A stretch of DNA of 64,000 nt from an uncultured Actinomycetota bacterium (lineage in GTDB: Bacteria > Actinomycetota > Actinomycetes > UBA12327), in NCBI GenBank assembly GCA_963850215.1, contig CAWKKI010000004.1, forward strand, positions 72,682 through 136,681, given 5' to 3'. Positions 43,184-51,950 of the stretch are shown in pieces; within the stretch, counting starts at the first letter, position 1; each line of letters opens with the position of its first letter. The position numbers and the translations under genes were made by a program. The notes under the pieces were generated by a model. It was not told where the DNA came from. It made no database searches and saw only the letters and a program-made list of their open reading frames with translations.

Positions 43184-43248
43184 TGTACCGGCTGACAGCG
43201 CCTGCTTCAGGGTGCTCCCTACCGCCCACTTGGGGTGGTAACAGACAC

Positions 43249-43593
43249 ATGGAGACGGTCATGACAACAGAACTGGATTTGTTCACGTCGGGGGGTGCGG
43301 GCCGGCGGGACGCGAGCCGGGCTTCTCGGGTGATCAGCCGCTACCGGACCGGCGCTCAGATTCGAGTGGGCGCTGTGGATGCCGACACGGACATTGCGGC
43401 CGCGAAGGTCGACGGCATTACCCACGCCACAGGCCAGGCGATGGGTGCGGTGGTTCGAGTCGCTCAGGCCCAACGCCAGTTAGAGACGCTGGCCCCCGAG
43501 GCCAGCGGACGCCTGGCATTGCTGGCCGACGCTCACGTCTTGGCGCTCTCGGACCTGCTCTCCGATCTGCGCCGCGACCTGCGCCGCAAGTAG
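43249..43593 (+). CDS. hypothetical protein (114 aa), first gene of the transfer module
   Basis: ORF track only. Helical and Ala-rich. I recognise no family. Confidence 0.4.
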   Translation: METVMTTELDLFTSGGAGRRDASRASRVISRYRTGAQIRVGAVDADTDIAAAKVDGITHATGQAMGAVVRVAQAQRQLETLAPEASGRLALLADAHVLALSDLLSDLRRDLRRK

Positions 43594-43603
43594 GGGGTCG
43601 ACG

Positions 43604-43825
43604 ATGGGGTTCTTCTTCCTGCTTGCGTTGCTGCTGGCGGTCTCCTCGACCGCGGTCTTTAGTGGATTCGCCGTCTTCGAACTTCACAGGACTCGTCGTG
43701 ACGTTCAAGCCGTGCGTCTGCTGGCGGAGGATCGGGTGAACATGCTCACTCGGGCCACAATCACCGCAATGCGTCGCACTGCCACAGATCCGTCCTCGCC
43801 CTACGACTCACAGAGCCGGTACTAG
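43604..43825 (+). CDS. small single-TM protein
   Basis: ORF track, 73 aa, with the N-terminal helix GFFFLLALLLAVSSTAVFSGFAVF. Confidence 0.4.
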   Translation: MGFFFLLALLLAVSSTAVFSGFAVFELHRTRRDVQAVRLLAEDRVNMLTRATITAMRRTATDPSSPYDSQSRY

Positions 43826-43827
43826 AC

Positions 43828-44040
43828 GTGGCTTCCGGAGACAGAGGCTCGGGCGCCGAGCGGGTCTTGGCGTGGTGCCTCAAGGTGCTGCTGGCTGCGG
43901 CGGCGCTGGTTGTGGCCGTCCGGCTGATCGTGTCCATTGCGGCAGCGCTCACGATCATCGTCGCCCTGATCGGCACACTTCTAATCACTGCTCTGGTAGG
44001 CCGCGCAGCTTGGCGAGCCCATAGATCAAATCGTTGGTAA
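43828..44040 (+). CDS. small two-TM protein
   Basis: ORF track, 70 aa. GTG lies 2 nt after the previous stop. Helices LKVLLAAAALVVAVRLIV and LTIIVALIGTLLITALV. Confidence 0.45.
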   Translation: MASGDRGSGAERVLAWCLKVLLAAAALVVAVRLIVSIAAALTIIVALIGTLLITALVGRAAWRAHRSNRW

Positions 44041-44315
44041 TTCACAAATCGTTGACTATTCCACAACGCAATATTACGACTACACGCACCCCATTTTCTC
44101 GCTGAATTTCAAGAGATTTTGGGACTTGCCTGTTGTCCGACCGGTCGTCCGATCGCGCATTCGGGGACTTGCATTTGGTCCCGGGATGTTCTTTAACAGT
44201 AATCACCCCGGGAATGCTCCTCGCACTTTCACGGGCGACTTCTACATCAACCTTTTTTTTGAAACGTCCCACGACGCCGAAGGCAATCGGCGACCGGGAA
44301 GAAAGGAGCTTTTGT

Positions 44316-44921
44316 ATGGTAACACGAAATTGTGTTGGCTCGAATATCAAATTCACTAAGCCGAAGTTTCAGACGATTCTGGCGGATCCGCCGTGGGACG
44401 TGCAGCAACTTGGCGACCGTGGCGCGCAAGCGCACTACGCGTTGATGGACCTGGAGTCCATCAAGCGGATGCCGGTGGCCCAGTTGGCGGCCGCAGATGC
44501 ACATCTGTGGTTGTGGGTGACGAACGCGACGCTGCGCGCGGGCTACGACGTGATGGAGGCATGGGGCTTCACGCCTCGTTCACCGCTGACTTGGATCAAG
44601 CCCCGCCTCGGGCTTGGGACCTACCTGCGCAACGCGACCGAGCACCTGATCCTCGGCACCCGCGGATCGGCGCCGGTTGCTTACCGGGCGCAGCCGACGT
44701 GGATGTTCGCGCCGTTGCAGGAGCACTCGCATAAGCCGGAAGAGCAGTACGCCGTGATCGAGCGGATCAGCCCCGGGCCTTACCTGGAGCTGTTCGCCCG
44801 TCGTCGCCAGCCGGGCTGGGCGGTGTGGGGCAATCAGATCGACAGCGACATAGCCATCCCCGGCTACCCGGTTCCCTCGGACACCAGCGGCGGTCAAGGG
44901 GGTCTTGATGCCACGGCGTAG
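44316..44921 (+). CDS. MT-A70-family N6-adenine methyltransferase
   Basis: ORF track 44133..44921, trimmed to ATG 44316, which has AAAGGAG 7 nt upstream. Catalytic ILADPPWDV (DPPW), plus HLWLWVTN and TWIKPRLGLGTYLRNATEHLILGTRG, typical of MT-A70. Confidence 0.85.
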   Translation: MVTRNCVGSNIKFTKPKFQTILADPPWDVQQLGDRGAQAHYALMDLESIKRMPVAQLAAADAHLWLWVTNATLRAGYDVMEAWGFTPRSPLTWIKPRLGLGTYLRNATEHLILGTRGSAPVAYRAQPTWMFAPLQEHSHKPEEQYAVIERISPGPYLELFARRRQPGWAVWGNQIDSDIAIPGYPVPSDTSGGQGGLDATA

Positions 44922-45144
44922 GGCGCGGACCACCAACCGTCGACCCCGTGATGAACGGCGACTAAGTGTGCGCGGACTACGGCACGACCCACCTGACCCG
45001 AAGCGACTCTCACGAGCGTTCATCGGGCTGGCGCTGGCTCGGGCCGAAGCCGAAGCCCGCGCACAGCAAGTAAGCGATCCCGGAGCGACTCGAGTTGACG
45101 ATCACGACGCCCAGAAGGACGGGGGTCACGATGGAATCAGCTGA
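44905..45144 (+). CDS. small basic protein (79 aa)
   Basis: ORF track. It overlaps the MT-A70 stop. LSVRGLRHDPPDPKRLSRAFIGLALARAE shares a motif with the C-terminus of 146..565. Confidence 0.4.
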   Translation: MMPRRRARTTNRRPRDERRLSVRGLRHDPPDPKRLSRAFIGLALARAEAEARAQQVSDPGATRVDDHDAQKDGGHDGIS

Positions 45145-47317
45145 CACGACCGCAGTCCCCCGCGACGGCTGGGTGCATTCGGAGTTGCATCTGCCGCGTC
45201 CACTTGAGGTCGAGCAGGTCGAAACGATGCTGCTTCGCCTGGCGGCCGACCGGGCTGCTCCCCCGCTGGTGTTCGAGGCCCGCGCCGAACAAGGGCAACT
45301 GGTGCAGCACCTCGTGGGATGCCCTGCCGAGCATGTGGTCTGGGTGCAGCGCACGCTGCGCGACCTGCTTCCCGGTCTCGACATCGACACCCTCACCACA
45401 CCACGACGGGCGGTGCAGCGATCGGTCCGGCTGCGCATGCGGCCACGCGCCCTAGCGTTGTCGACCAAACGCGCCGAAGCAGTCGGGCTCACTCTTCTCT
45501 CCGCGCTGGATGCCCGGCTGCATCAAGGCGATCGGCTGGTGCTGCAAGTCATGCTCGGTCCGCGCCTGACCCCGAAGCACCTGCCACGCACCGTCACCGA
45601 CCCGACAGCACCCTGGTGGCAGTTGCTCAGCCACGGGGAGGTCGATGCGACCACGCCGGTGCGCGAGCAGATCGACGCCCGTTCCGGGCAGCACGGCTTT
45701 GCCGCCACCGTCCGCATCGGTGCCAGTGCCCACACCGCTGAACGTCGTCAGCAGCTGATCATTGGTGTCCTCGGCGCACTGTCAACATCGCAGGAACGCG
45801 GCACCTACCTCGATCTGACATTCGAACCGGCGCGACGCATAAACGAACCGAAAACGCCATGGCGATGGCCCCTTCGACTCGGCGCCAGCGAAGTCACCGG
45901 ATTGTTGGCATGGCCGCTGGGCGAACGCGACCTTCCCGGCGTCGCGCCCCTACATCCCCGGCCGCTACGGGTACCGGAGGGAGTCTGCGGATCCGAACGC
46001 ATCTTCGCCGTCCCCGCAGCCCCCGGGCCACCGCATCCGGTCGGCATCTGGGCTCGCGACATCACCTCACACCTGGTGACCACAGGGCCGACCGGTTCGG
46101 GCAAGAGCACCGTGCTTGAGGCACTCATCCGCGCCGATATTGCCGCAGGTCGTCCCGTGTTGGTGATCGACCCGAAACGCCAGCTCGTCGATGACGTCAT
46201 CGAACGGGCCGTGCCGGCCGATCGGGTAGACGACGTGGTGGTGATCGATCCAGCCGATGCCGCCGCTATCGGTCACGTGGTTGGGTTCAACCCCCTCGAC
46301 GTGGGCGATCGCGATCCCGACGTGGTAGTCGACGGACTGGTTGCCGTGCTCAAGGCGGTGTTTCACGACGGGTGGGGTCCACGCACCGAAGACGTAGTGC
46401 ATTCCGGTTTGCTCACACTGGTGCGAGCGAGCACAGAACGCGCGGAGCCGTTCACGCTGCTCGACCTGCCCCGGCTGCTGACCGACGAACGCTTCCGCAC
46501 ATCGGTGATCGGACATGTGCTCGGCGATCCCGGTCTGGATTCGTTCTGGGCCTGGTACCTCGCGCTGAGCCCCGGCGCGCAAGCCCACGCCATCGCCGCA
46601 CCGCTGAACAAGCTGCGCCAATACCTGCTGCGACCCAGCCTGCGCGCCATCCTCGGCCAACCCCGCCCGAAGTTTCGGCTGCGCGACTTGTTCACCGACA
46701 ACAAGGTGGTGCTGGTCCCGCTCAACGAGGCACTCATCGGGCCACTGACCGCCCAGCTCCTCGGGTCGCTCATCGTGGCGGAAACGTGGTCAGCCACCTT
46801 GGAGCGCGCCAAGGAACGTAAGCCAGGCAGCCGCCCGGCCAGCGTCTACATCGATGAGGTGCAGCAGTACTTGCACCTTCCAACGTCTATCGATGACGCG
46901 CTGAGCCGTAGCCGCTCGCTCGGAGTGGGCTGGCACCTGGCGCACCAGGCACGTGCTCAACTGACGACCTCCACCCGGGCCGCGATCGACTCCAACGCCA
47001 AGTCGAAGATCGTGTTCCGGCCACTGGACCCTGACGACGCGCACGCCATGGCCAAGCAAGCACCTGACTTGCAGCCGGTCGACTTCTTGAGTCTCGGCCA
47101 ATTTCAGGCCTACGCGCACCTGACTGCAGACGGCGCACCCACCGGATGGGCGCTGGTGCGGACCCTGCCGCCACCCGAGCCCACCGGACTGGCCGCACGC
47201 GTGCGCGCTGCCAGCCGCGAGCACTATGCGTCGCCGATCCCAACCTCTGCCCACAGCGCCGCCGCAGCCGAGGCGGATGGGCATCTGCCGGTGGGCCGCA
47301 AGCGGAGGCAGGGATGA
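45095..47317 (+). CDS. coupling-protein-like (TraD/TraG/VirD4-type, FtsK/HerA-superfamily) P-loop ATPase
   Basis: ORF track, 740 aa (alternative start at 45131). Walker A is TTGPTGSGKSTVLEAL and Walker B is ASVYIDEVQQY, followed by GVGWHLAHQARAQL. The size and the neighbouring replication-relaxation gene fit a conjugative DNA-transfer ATPase. Confidence 0.75.
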   Translation: MTITTPRRTGVTMESADTTAVPRDGWVHSELHLPRPLEVEQVETMLLRLAADRAAPPLVFEARAEQGQLVQHLVGCPAEHVVWVQRTLRDLLPGLDIDTLTTPRRAVQRSVRLRMRPRALALSTKRAEAVGLTLLSALDARLHQGDRLVLQVMLGPRLTPKHLPRTVTDPTAPWWQLLSHGEVDATTPVREQIDARSGQHGFAATVRIGASAHTAERRQQLIIGVLGALSTSQERGTYLDLTFEPARRINEPKTPWRWPLRLGASEVTGLLAWPLGERDLPGVAPLHPRPLRVPEGVCGSERIFAVPAAPGPPHPVGIWARDITSHLVTTGPTGSGKSTVLEALIRADIAAGRPVLVIDPKRQLVDDVIERAVPADRVDDVVVIDPADAAAIGHVVGFNPLDVGDRDPDVVVDGLVAVLKAVFHDGWGPRTEDVVHSGLLTLVRASTERAEPFTLLDLPRLLTDERFRTSVIGHVLGDPGLDSFWAWYLALSPGAQAHAIAAPLNKLRQYLLRPSLRAILGQPRPKFRLRDLFTDNKVVLVPLNEALIGPLTAQLLGSLIVAETWSATLERAKERKPGSRPASVYIDEVQQYLHLPTSIDDALSRSRSLGVGWHLAHQARAQLTTSTRAAIDSNAKSKIVFRPLDPDDAHAMAKQAPDLQPVDFLSLGQFQAYAHLTADGAPTGWALVRTLPPPEPTGLAARVRAASREHYASPIPTSAHSAAAAEADGHLPVGRKRRQG

Positions 47318-47472
47318 CACGTTTGTTCTCCTACTTCCTCACCGTTACGGGTCGTTCTTGGTCGTGCCCCGGTGATCGATGCGGCGTCCTACCGGGTGTC
47401 CGGTCGCGAGCCTCAGGCCCTCCTCATATGGCCAGGTGGGCTCCGCTGCTCCGGCCCTGGGCGGAGGGGACT

Positions 47473-47491
47473 GACCCCGCTCAGCGGGGTC
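47473..47491. promoter_or_regulatory. GC-rich hairpin GACCCCGC-tca-GCGGGGTC upstream of the replication-relaxation gene (oriT-like candidate)
   Basis: An 8-bp perfect stem with a 3-nt loop, read directly from the sequence. It sits in the 232-nt intergenic gap between the ATPase and 47550..48359. Confidence 0.35.
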
Positions 47492-47549
47492 TACATGCTC
47501 AGCTGAACAGGAGCAGCTATGGGGCGGGCATGCCCCACGGAGCTGGGCG

Positions 47550-48359
47550 ATGAGGTCCTCACACACCGACCAGCTGCTCGCACAGCTGAGCGAGCACGAC
47601 AGGGCTGTGCTGCTCGATGTGTTCCGCTTCCGATTGCTGACCACCCGCCACATCCAGCGGCTGCACTTCGATGAGGCGCATCGCTCACGCGTGGCGTCGA
47701 CTCGCGCTTGCACCCGAACGCTGAGCCGGCTGCGAACAGCCGGCGTGCTGCGCCCGTTGGAGCGTCGCATCGGAGGAGCGCGTGCGGGGTCGGCAAGTCA
47801 CGCGTGGTTCGTGGGGCCCGCCGGTGAAGGAGTGCTGCGAGCACTCGACGTGGGACGCGGTGGTCGCCACAACTACCAGGAGCCGTCACGCCACTTCGTG
47901 GAACACACCCTCGCCGTCGCCGAAGCGGCGGTGCAGATCATCGAAGCCCACCGAGGGCACCTGTTCGAATTACTGGACCTGAGAACGGAGCCCGGCAACT
48001 GGCGGCCATCACTCTCACGCTTCGGAACCACGCAATGGCTCAAGCCTGATCTGCATCTAGTGAACGCCGACGGCGAGTACGAACACCACTGGTTCATCGA
48101 GATCGACCTGGCTACCGAGCACCTGCCCGTCGTGCTGCGCCAGTGCGCCGCGTACGAGTCGTATCGCGCGACGGGGCGCTATCAGGCCGCACATGGGCTG
48201 TTTCCGATCGTGCTGTGGGTAACACCGACCCAGGCGCGAAAAGCCGCCCTGTCCGGCGCGATTGCGGCCACAGCGAGTCTTAGCTCCGAGCTGTTCCAGG
48301 TCCGCCAAGCCGAGGAGCTGCTCCAAACCCTGACGGGCCCGCGCAGCGAGGGCACCTGA
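47550..48359 (+). CDS. replication-relaxation family protein
   Basis: ORF track, 269 aa. LSEHDRAVLLDVFRFRLLTTRHIQRLHF.. and HTLAVAEAAVQI..WFIEIDLATE match my recollection of the Replic_Relax family. Confidence 0.75.
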   Translation: MRSSHTDQLLAQLSEHDRAVLLDVFRFRLLTTRHIQRLHFDEAHRSRVASTRACTRTLSRLRTAGVLRPLERRIGGARAGSASHAWFVGPAGEGVLRALDVGRGGRHNYQEPSRHFVEHTLAVAEAAVQIIEAHRGHLFELLDLRTEPGNWRPSLSRFGTTQWLKPDLHLVNADGEYEHHWFIEIDLATEHLPVVLRQCAAYESYRATGRYQAAHGLFPIVLWVTPTQARKAALSGAIAATASLSSELFQVRQAEELLQTLTGPRSEGT

Positions 48360-48495
48360 CCGGTGTTCAGGCAGGTCAAAGCCACTTTTCGGACTGGACT
48401 TCTGCGGCGAGAAGAGCGTCACTGTCAGAGCGGTCGCGGCCCGCCGCCCAGGCCCCGCGATCGCAAATAGCAAGCAATACAAGGAAGGAGGCCAT

Positions 48496-48873
48496 ATGCC
48501 TACACCCAACGAACACCCAACCAATCAACTTGAGGGCATGCCCAGCGCGGCGGAAGAATCCCGCTTTCGCACCATCGCGGTGCGCGTCGACGAGGACCTG
48601 CACGCCCAGCTGCGCTTCATCGCGCAACTGTCCGGCACCAGCATTTCTGACGAGATCCGCCAGGCCATCGAACGACGCATCACCACCGCGCAGGACGACC
48701 CAGAACTGATCACCCGCGCACAAGAGGTACGCGATGAGATCGAACGGGAAGCCGCGACCCGCAAGGCCGCGATCGCCGGTTTCATGGGCCAACAAACACT
48801 CGACGTGAAGGTACCCACCAAGTCAGCGGCACAGCGCAGGGCACGTAAAGCACCAGCAAGCTCGGGCGATTAG
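48496..48873 (+). CDS. ribbon-helix-helix (CopG/MobC-like) protein
   Basis: ORF track, 125 aa, with AAGGAGG upstream. FRTIAVRVDEDLHAQLRFIAQLSGTSISDEIRQAIERRI is an RHH beta-alpha-alpha pattern. Confidence 0.6.
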   Translation: MPTPNEHPTNQLEGMPSAAEESRFRTIAVRVDEDLHAQLRFIAQLSGTSISDEIRQAIERRITTAQDDPELITRAQEVRDEIEREAATRKAAIAGFMGQQTLDVKVPTKSAAQRRARKAPASSGD

Positions 48874-48885
48874 GCGGCGGGAGCG

Positions 48886-50694
48886 ATGAACTCGACGACA
48901 AGCACCCCACCAACACCGGGCGGGCAGGCATCGAAGACTGCCGTGTCCTACCTGCGCGTCAGCACCGCCGATCAAGCCACCCGGGGTGGGCGGGAAGAGG
49001 GTTTCTCGATTCCCGCGCAACGTGAAGCGAACCTGCGCAAAGCGGCTGGCCTCGACGCCACCGTCATCGCCGAGTTCGTAGATGCTGGCGAATCGGGAAC
49101 CTCCGCCAGCAAGCGGCCCGAACTGCAGAAGATGCTGACGTATGTTCGTGAACACCACGTCGACTACTGCATCGTGCACAAGCTTGATCGGCTCGCGCGC
49201 TCACGCGCCGACGACGTCGCGATCCACTTCGCGCTCACACAAGCCGGAGTAACGCTGGTATCCACCAGCGAGAACATCGACGAGACGCCGTCCGGGATGC
49301 TCATGCACGGCATCATGAGCAGCATCGCCGAGTTCTACTCCCGCAACCTCGCCAACGAAGTCACCAAAGGGCTGGTCCAAAAAGCCAGCCTCGGTGGCAC
49401 CGTCACCCGAGCACCCGTCGGCTACCGCAACATTCACGTCACCGACGAACTCGGCCGCGTCAACCGCACCATCGAACTAGATACCGACCGCGCTGACCTC
49501 GTCGCATTCGCGTTCTACCGCTACGCCGACGGCGACATGACCCTGTCCCTGCTGCTGGAGGAACTCACCGATCGTGGACTGACCAGCCGGCCCACCCCGA
49601 AATGGCCAAGCAAACCGCTGTCGACAACAAGCCTGCACAAGCTGCTGCGCAACCCCTACTACAAAGGTGAAGTCCACTACCGAGGCGTGCAATACAACGG
49701 AACACACACCGCCCTAGTCGACCCCGTCACCTGGCAGAAAGTGCAAGACCTGCTGGCAGCAAACCGGATCGGCGGCACCCACCAACGCACCAACCAGCAC
49801 TACCTGCGGGGCAGCGTCTTCTGCGGCGAATGCGGCTCACGTCTCATGCTCACCACCGCACGCAACCGATGGGGCACCAACTATCCCTACTTCATCTGCT
49901 CAGGGCGCGCCCGCCGCACGACAACGTGCGAACGCCAAGCCATGCCAGTCGATCTGGTCGAGGAACTCATCGAGGACGAATACGCCACCATCGCGCTGTC
50001 CCCCGAACTGCGCGACCAGACAGAAGCCCTGATCCTCGACGACTTCGACAAACTCCACGCCGACTCCAGCAAGGACCGGCGCACCGCCGAACGCAGACAA
50101 TCCAAACTGCTCGCCGAACGCGACAAACTCCTGCAAGCCCACTACGCAGGCGCGGTGCCCCTCGACCTTCTCAAGACAGAACAAGACCGCATCGCAGGCC
50201 AACTCGCGGCCGTCCAGCAGTCACTGAATACCGCGCAAGCCAACTACGACCACATGCGCACAACCCTGGCCGACTGCCTCGACCTCACCCGCGACTGCCA
50301 CGCCGCCTACCTACAAGCCGACGACAACACCAGACGCACCTTCAACCAAGCGTTCTTCTCAAAGATCTACATCGATGAAGACGACACAAGCCGCCAACGC
50401 TCAATTCACGTCGACTACAACGAGCCGTTCAACCAACTCCTCAACCGGCTCGTCCCCGCCCACGAGCACCGCACGATGCAAGAAAAACAACGGGCGATGG
50501 CGAAAACACAACATGCACAAACGGCGAACCACGCGTCAAGCGGCGCCACGACCCCTGGCGGAAACTCCCGCGTCGCGGAGGTCCAGGGTTCTCATACTGA
50601 CACTTTGGTGGAGCTGAGGGGATTTGAACCCCTGACCCCCTCGATGCGAACGAGGTGCGCTACCGGACTGCGCTACAGCCCCCGGAGGCAGTGA
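48886..50694 (+). CDS. large serine recombinase (integrase)
   Basis: ORF track, 602 aa. Resolvase catalytic domain: AVSYLRVSTADQ..GFSIPAQRE..VDAGESGTS..CIVHKLDRLARS. Recombinase domain and zinc ribbon: CGECGSRLM..YFICSGR. A coiled-coil tail follows. The last ~30 codons read through the antisense of the tRNA gene. Confidence 0.9.
   Translation: MNSTTSTPPTPGGQASKTAVSYLRVSTADQATRGGREEGFSIPAQREANLRKAAGLDATVIAEFVDAGESGTSASKRPELQKMLTYVREHHVDYCIVHKLDRLARSRADDVAIHFALTQAGVTLVSTSENIDETPSGMLMHGIMSSIAEFYSRNLANEVTKGLVQKASLGGTVTRAPVGYRNIHVTDELGRVNRTIELDTDRADLVAFAFYRYADGDMTLSLLLEELTDRGLTSRPTPKWPSKPLSTTSLHKLLRNPYYKGEVHYRGVQYNGTHTALVDPVTWQKVQDLLAANRIGGTHQRTNQHYLRGSVFCGECGSRLMLTTARNRWGTNYPYFICSGRARRTTTCERQAMPVDLVEELIEDEYATIALSPELRDQTEALILDDFDKLHADSSKDRRTAERRQSKLLAERDKLLQAHYAGAVPLDLLKTEQDRIAGQLAAVQQSLNTAQANYDHMRTTLADCLDLTRDCHAAYLQADDNTRRTFNQAFFSKIYIDEDDTSRQRSIHVDYNEPFNQLLNRLVPAHEHRTMQEKQRAMAKTQHAQTANHASSGATTPGGNSRVAEVQGSHTDTLVELRGFEPLTPSMRTRCATGLRYSPRRQ
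50606..50682 (-). tRNA. tRNA-Ala (anticodon CGC), 77 nt with encoded CCA
   Basis: The reverse complement is GGGGCTGTAGCGCAGTCCGGTAGCGCACCTCGTTCGCATCGAGGGGGTCAGGGGTTCAAATCCCCTCAGCTCCACCA. It has a 7-bp acceptor stem with a G3:U70 pair (the Ala identity element), an anticodon stem CCTCG/CGAGG with loop TTCGCAT, and a T-arm AGGGG-TTCAAAT-CCCCT. Confidence 0.9.
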
Positions 50695-50881
50695 GGTTAC
50701 CAGCGCGCACGCACGCGCCCGAATCGCCGCCTCTGGCAGCGACATCGCGCGGAATGGCGCGCGATTCCAAGGACGGAGCGAGCCAAATTGCCGGAACCGT
50801 CTGCGGAATCGGGGCGTATATGCCTCGAAGATGCAGACGGTCGGAGGTGGGATGAGCGTTGCGTCGCGATTGGGCTGGCGA

Positions 50882-51817
50882 CTAGTCGCCGGCGGCGCGG
50901 CGCTTGAGCAGGTCCTCGACCTCGCGGTCGTACACCTGGTCGAGATCGATGTCGTCCTCGAAGAAGGGCGGAGCCGCTGCAGTGCGCCCGTCCTCGGACA
51001 TCCCCGCAGCCATTCGACGTTGGTATGCAGCTTCCGCCGCTTCGTACTCCGCCTGCTCCAGCATCCGCGCGGTCGTCCACGAACCCGGATGCGTAAGGTC
51101 GATGATCCGCGGGATCGCAGTCGCAGTCGGTGCGGTGACGTAGGTCGGCAGCGGCACCGGCACCGGCTCCCAACCACCCTCCACCACGACCTGGGTGTCG
51201 AGCTGATCGGCCCTGGCGGAGGCGTAGGAAGCAGAACGAGCACCGCTTCGTGCGACCCGCGCCGGCCGAGCACCTGCAGCACCGGAGCGCCGTCGTGCAC
51301 GCGTGCGCGCCATCGACGCGCGCTTTGTCGCACTGCGCAGCAGCCACACGTAACCAACCAACAGCGCTGTCGGGATCGCAATGACCCACATCGGGGCGAC
51401 GCCGATGACACCCGACACGACCGCAATCACCGTCGCCAAGAAGAGGACAGACAAGACAACTACCTTGCGTCGCGCTTGTCGTTGACGAACCAACGAAGCC
51501 GACGACACCGGCCGCGACACCGGACGTGAAGCCGCGGCACGAGCCGCAGAAACCCGGGCTGCGGACCGCTGAGCCCGACGCAACTGTTGGCGCGAACGCC
51601 GCGTCGCCCGGGGCGGCGCCGACTCCTCGCCGCGGGCTGGCATGACGAGCGGGTTCTTCTTCGCCTCGTTGTCCCGACGCGACAGCGAACGCATCGCGCT
51701 CGAGAATCGATCAACCGACCGCGTCTCGGTGTTCGCGTCGTGCCGGTTGAGCCACATGGGGACGAGCACCACCGCCCATAGGGCGACGATGACTGCATAA
51801 ATAAGGCCGCTCCCCAT
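50882..51817 (-). CDS. SepX/GlpR-like divisome membrane protein
   Basis: ORF track 50882..51841, trimmed to the Met giving MGSGLIYAVIVALWAVVLVPMWLNRHD, the conserved N-terminal helix I recall for actinobacterial SepX/GlpR. It has a basic Arg-rich middle, a second TM segment, and lies beside moeA/glp as in Corynebacterium and Mycobacterium. Confidence 0.65.
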   Translation of the reverse strand: MGSGLIYAVIVALWAVVLVPMWLNRHDANTETRSVDRFSSAMRSLSRRDNEAKKNPLVMPARGEESAPPRATRRSRQQLRRAQRSAARVSAARAAASRPVSRPVSSASLVRQRQARRKVVVLSVLFLATVIAVVSGVIGVAPMWVIAIPTALLVGYVWLLRSATKRASMARTRARRRSGAAGARPARVARSGARSASYASARADQLDTQVVVEGGWEPVPVPLPTYVTAPTATAIPRIIDLTHPGSWTTARMLEQAEYEAAEAAYQRRMAAGMSEDGRTAAAPPFFEDDIDLDQVYDREVEDLLKRRAAGD

Positions 51818-51950
51818 GGTCTCGAACGTTACGACGCGCACTTGCGCGCTCGAAGGAGGCGACTCGGTGTGTCGCGAGATACGCAGCGAGTCTTGTGTGA
51901 CATCGACCCCAACGGGCTAATGCCAGCACTCGACCACCACCGACCGCGCT

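Larger units (their letters stand above)
43249..50620 (+). mobile_element. integrative/conjugative module (transfer genes + serine recombinase) abutting tRNA-Ala
   Basis: Co-directional genes: small membrane proteins, MT-A70, a coupling-type ATPase, replication-relaxation, RHH and a serine recombinase, ending at the tRNA 3' end. The left limit is uncertain and may extend to 9557 (see findings). Confidence 0.6.
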
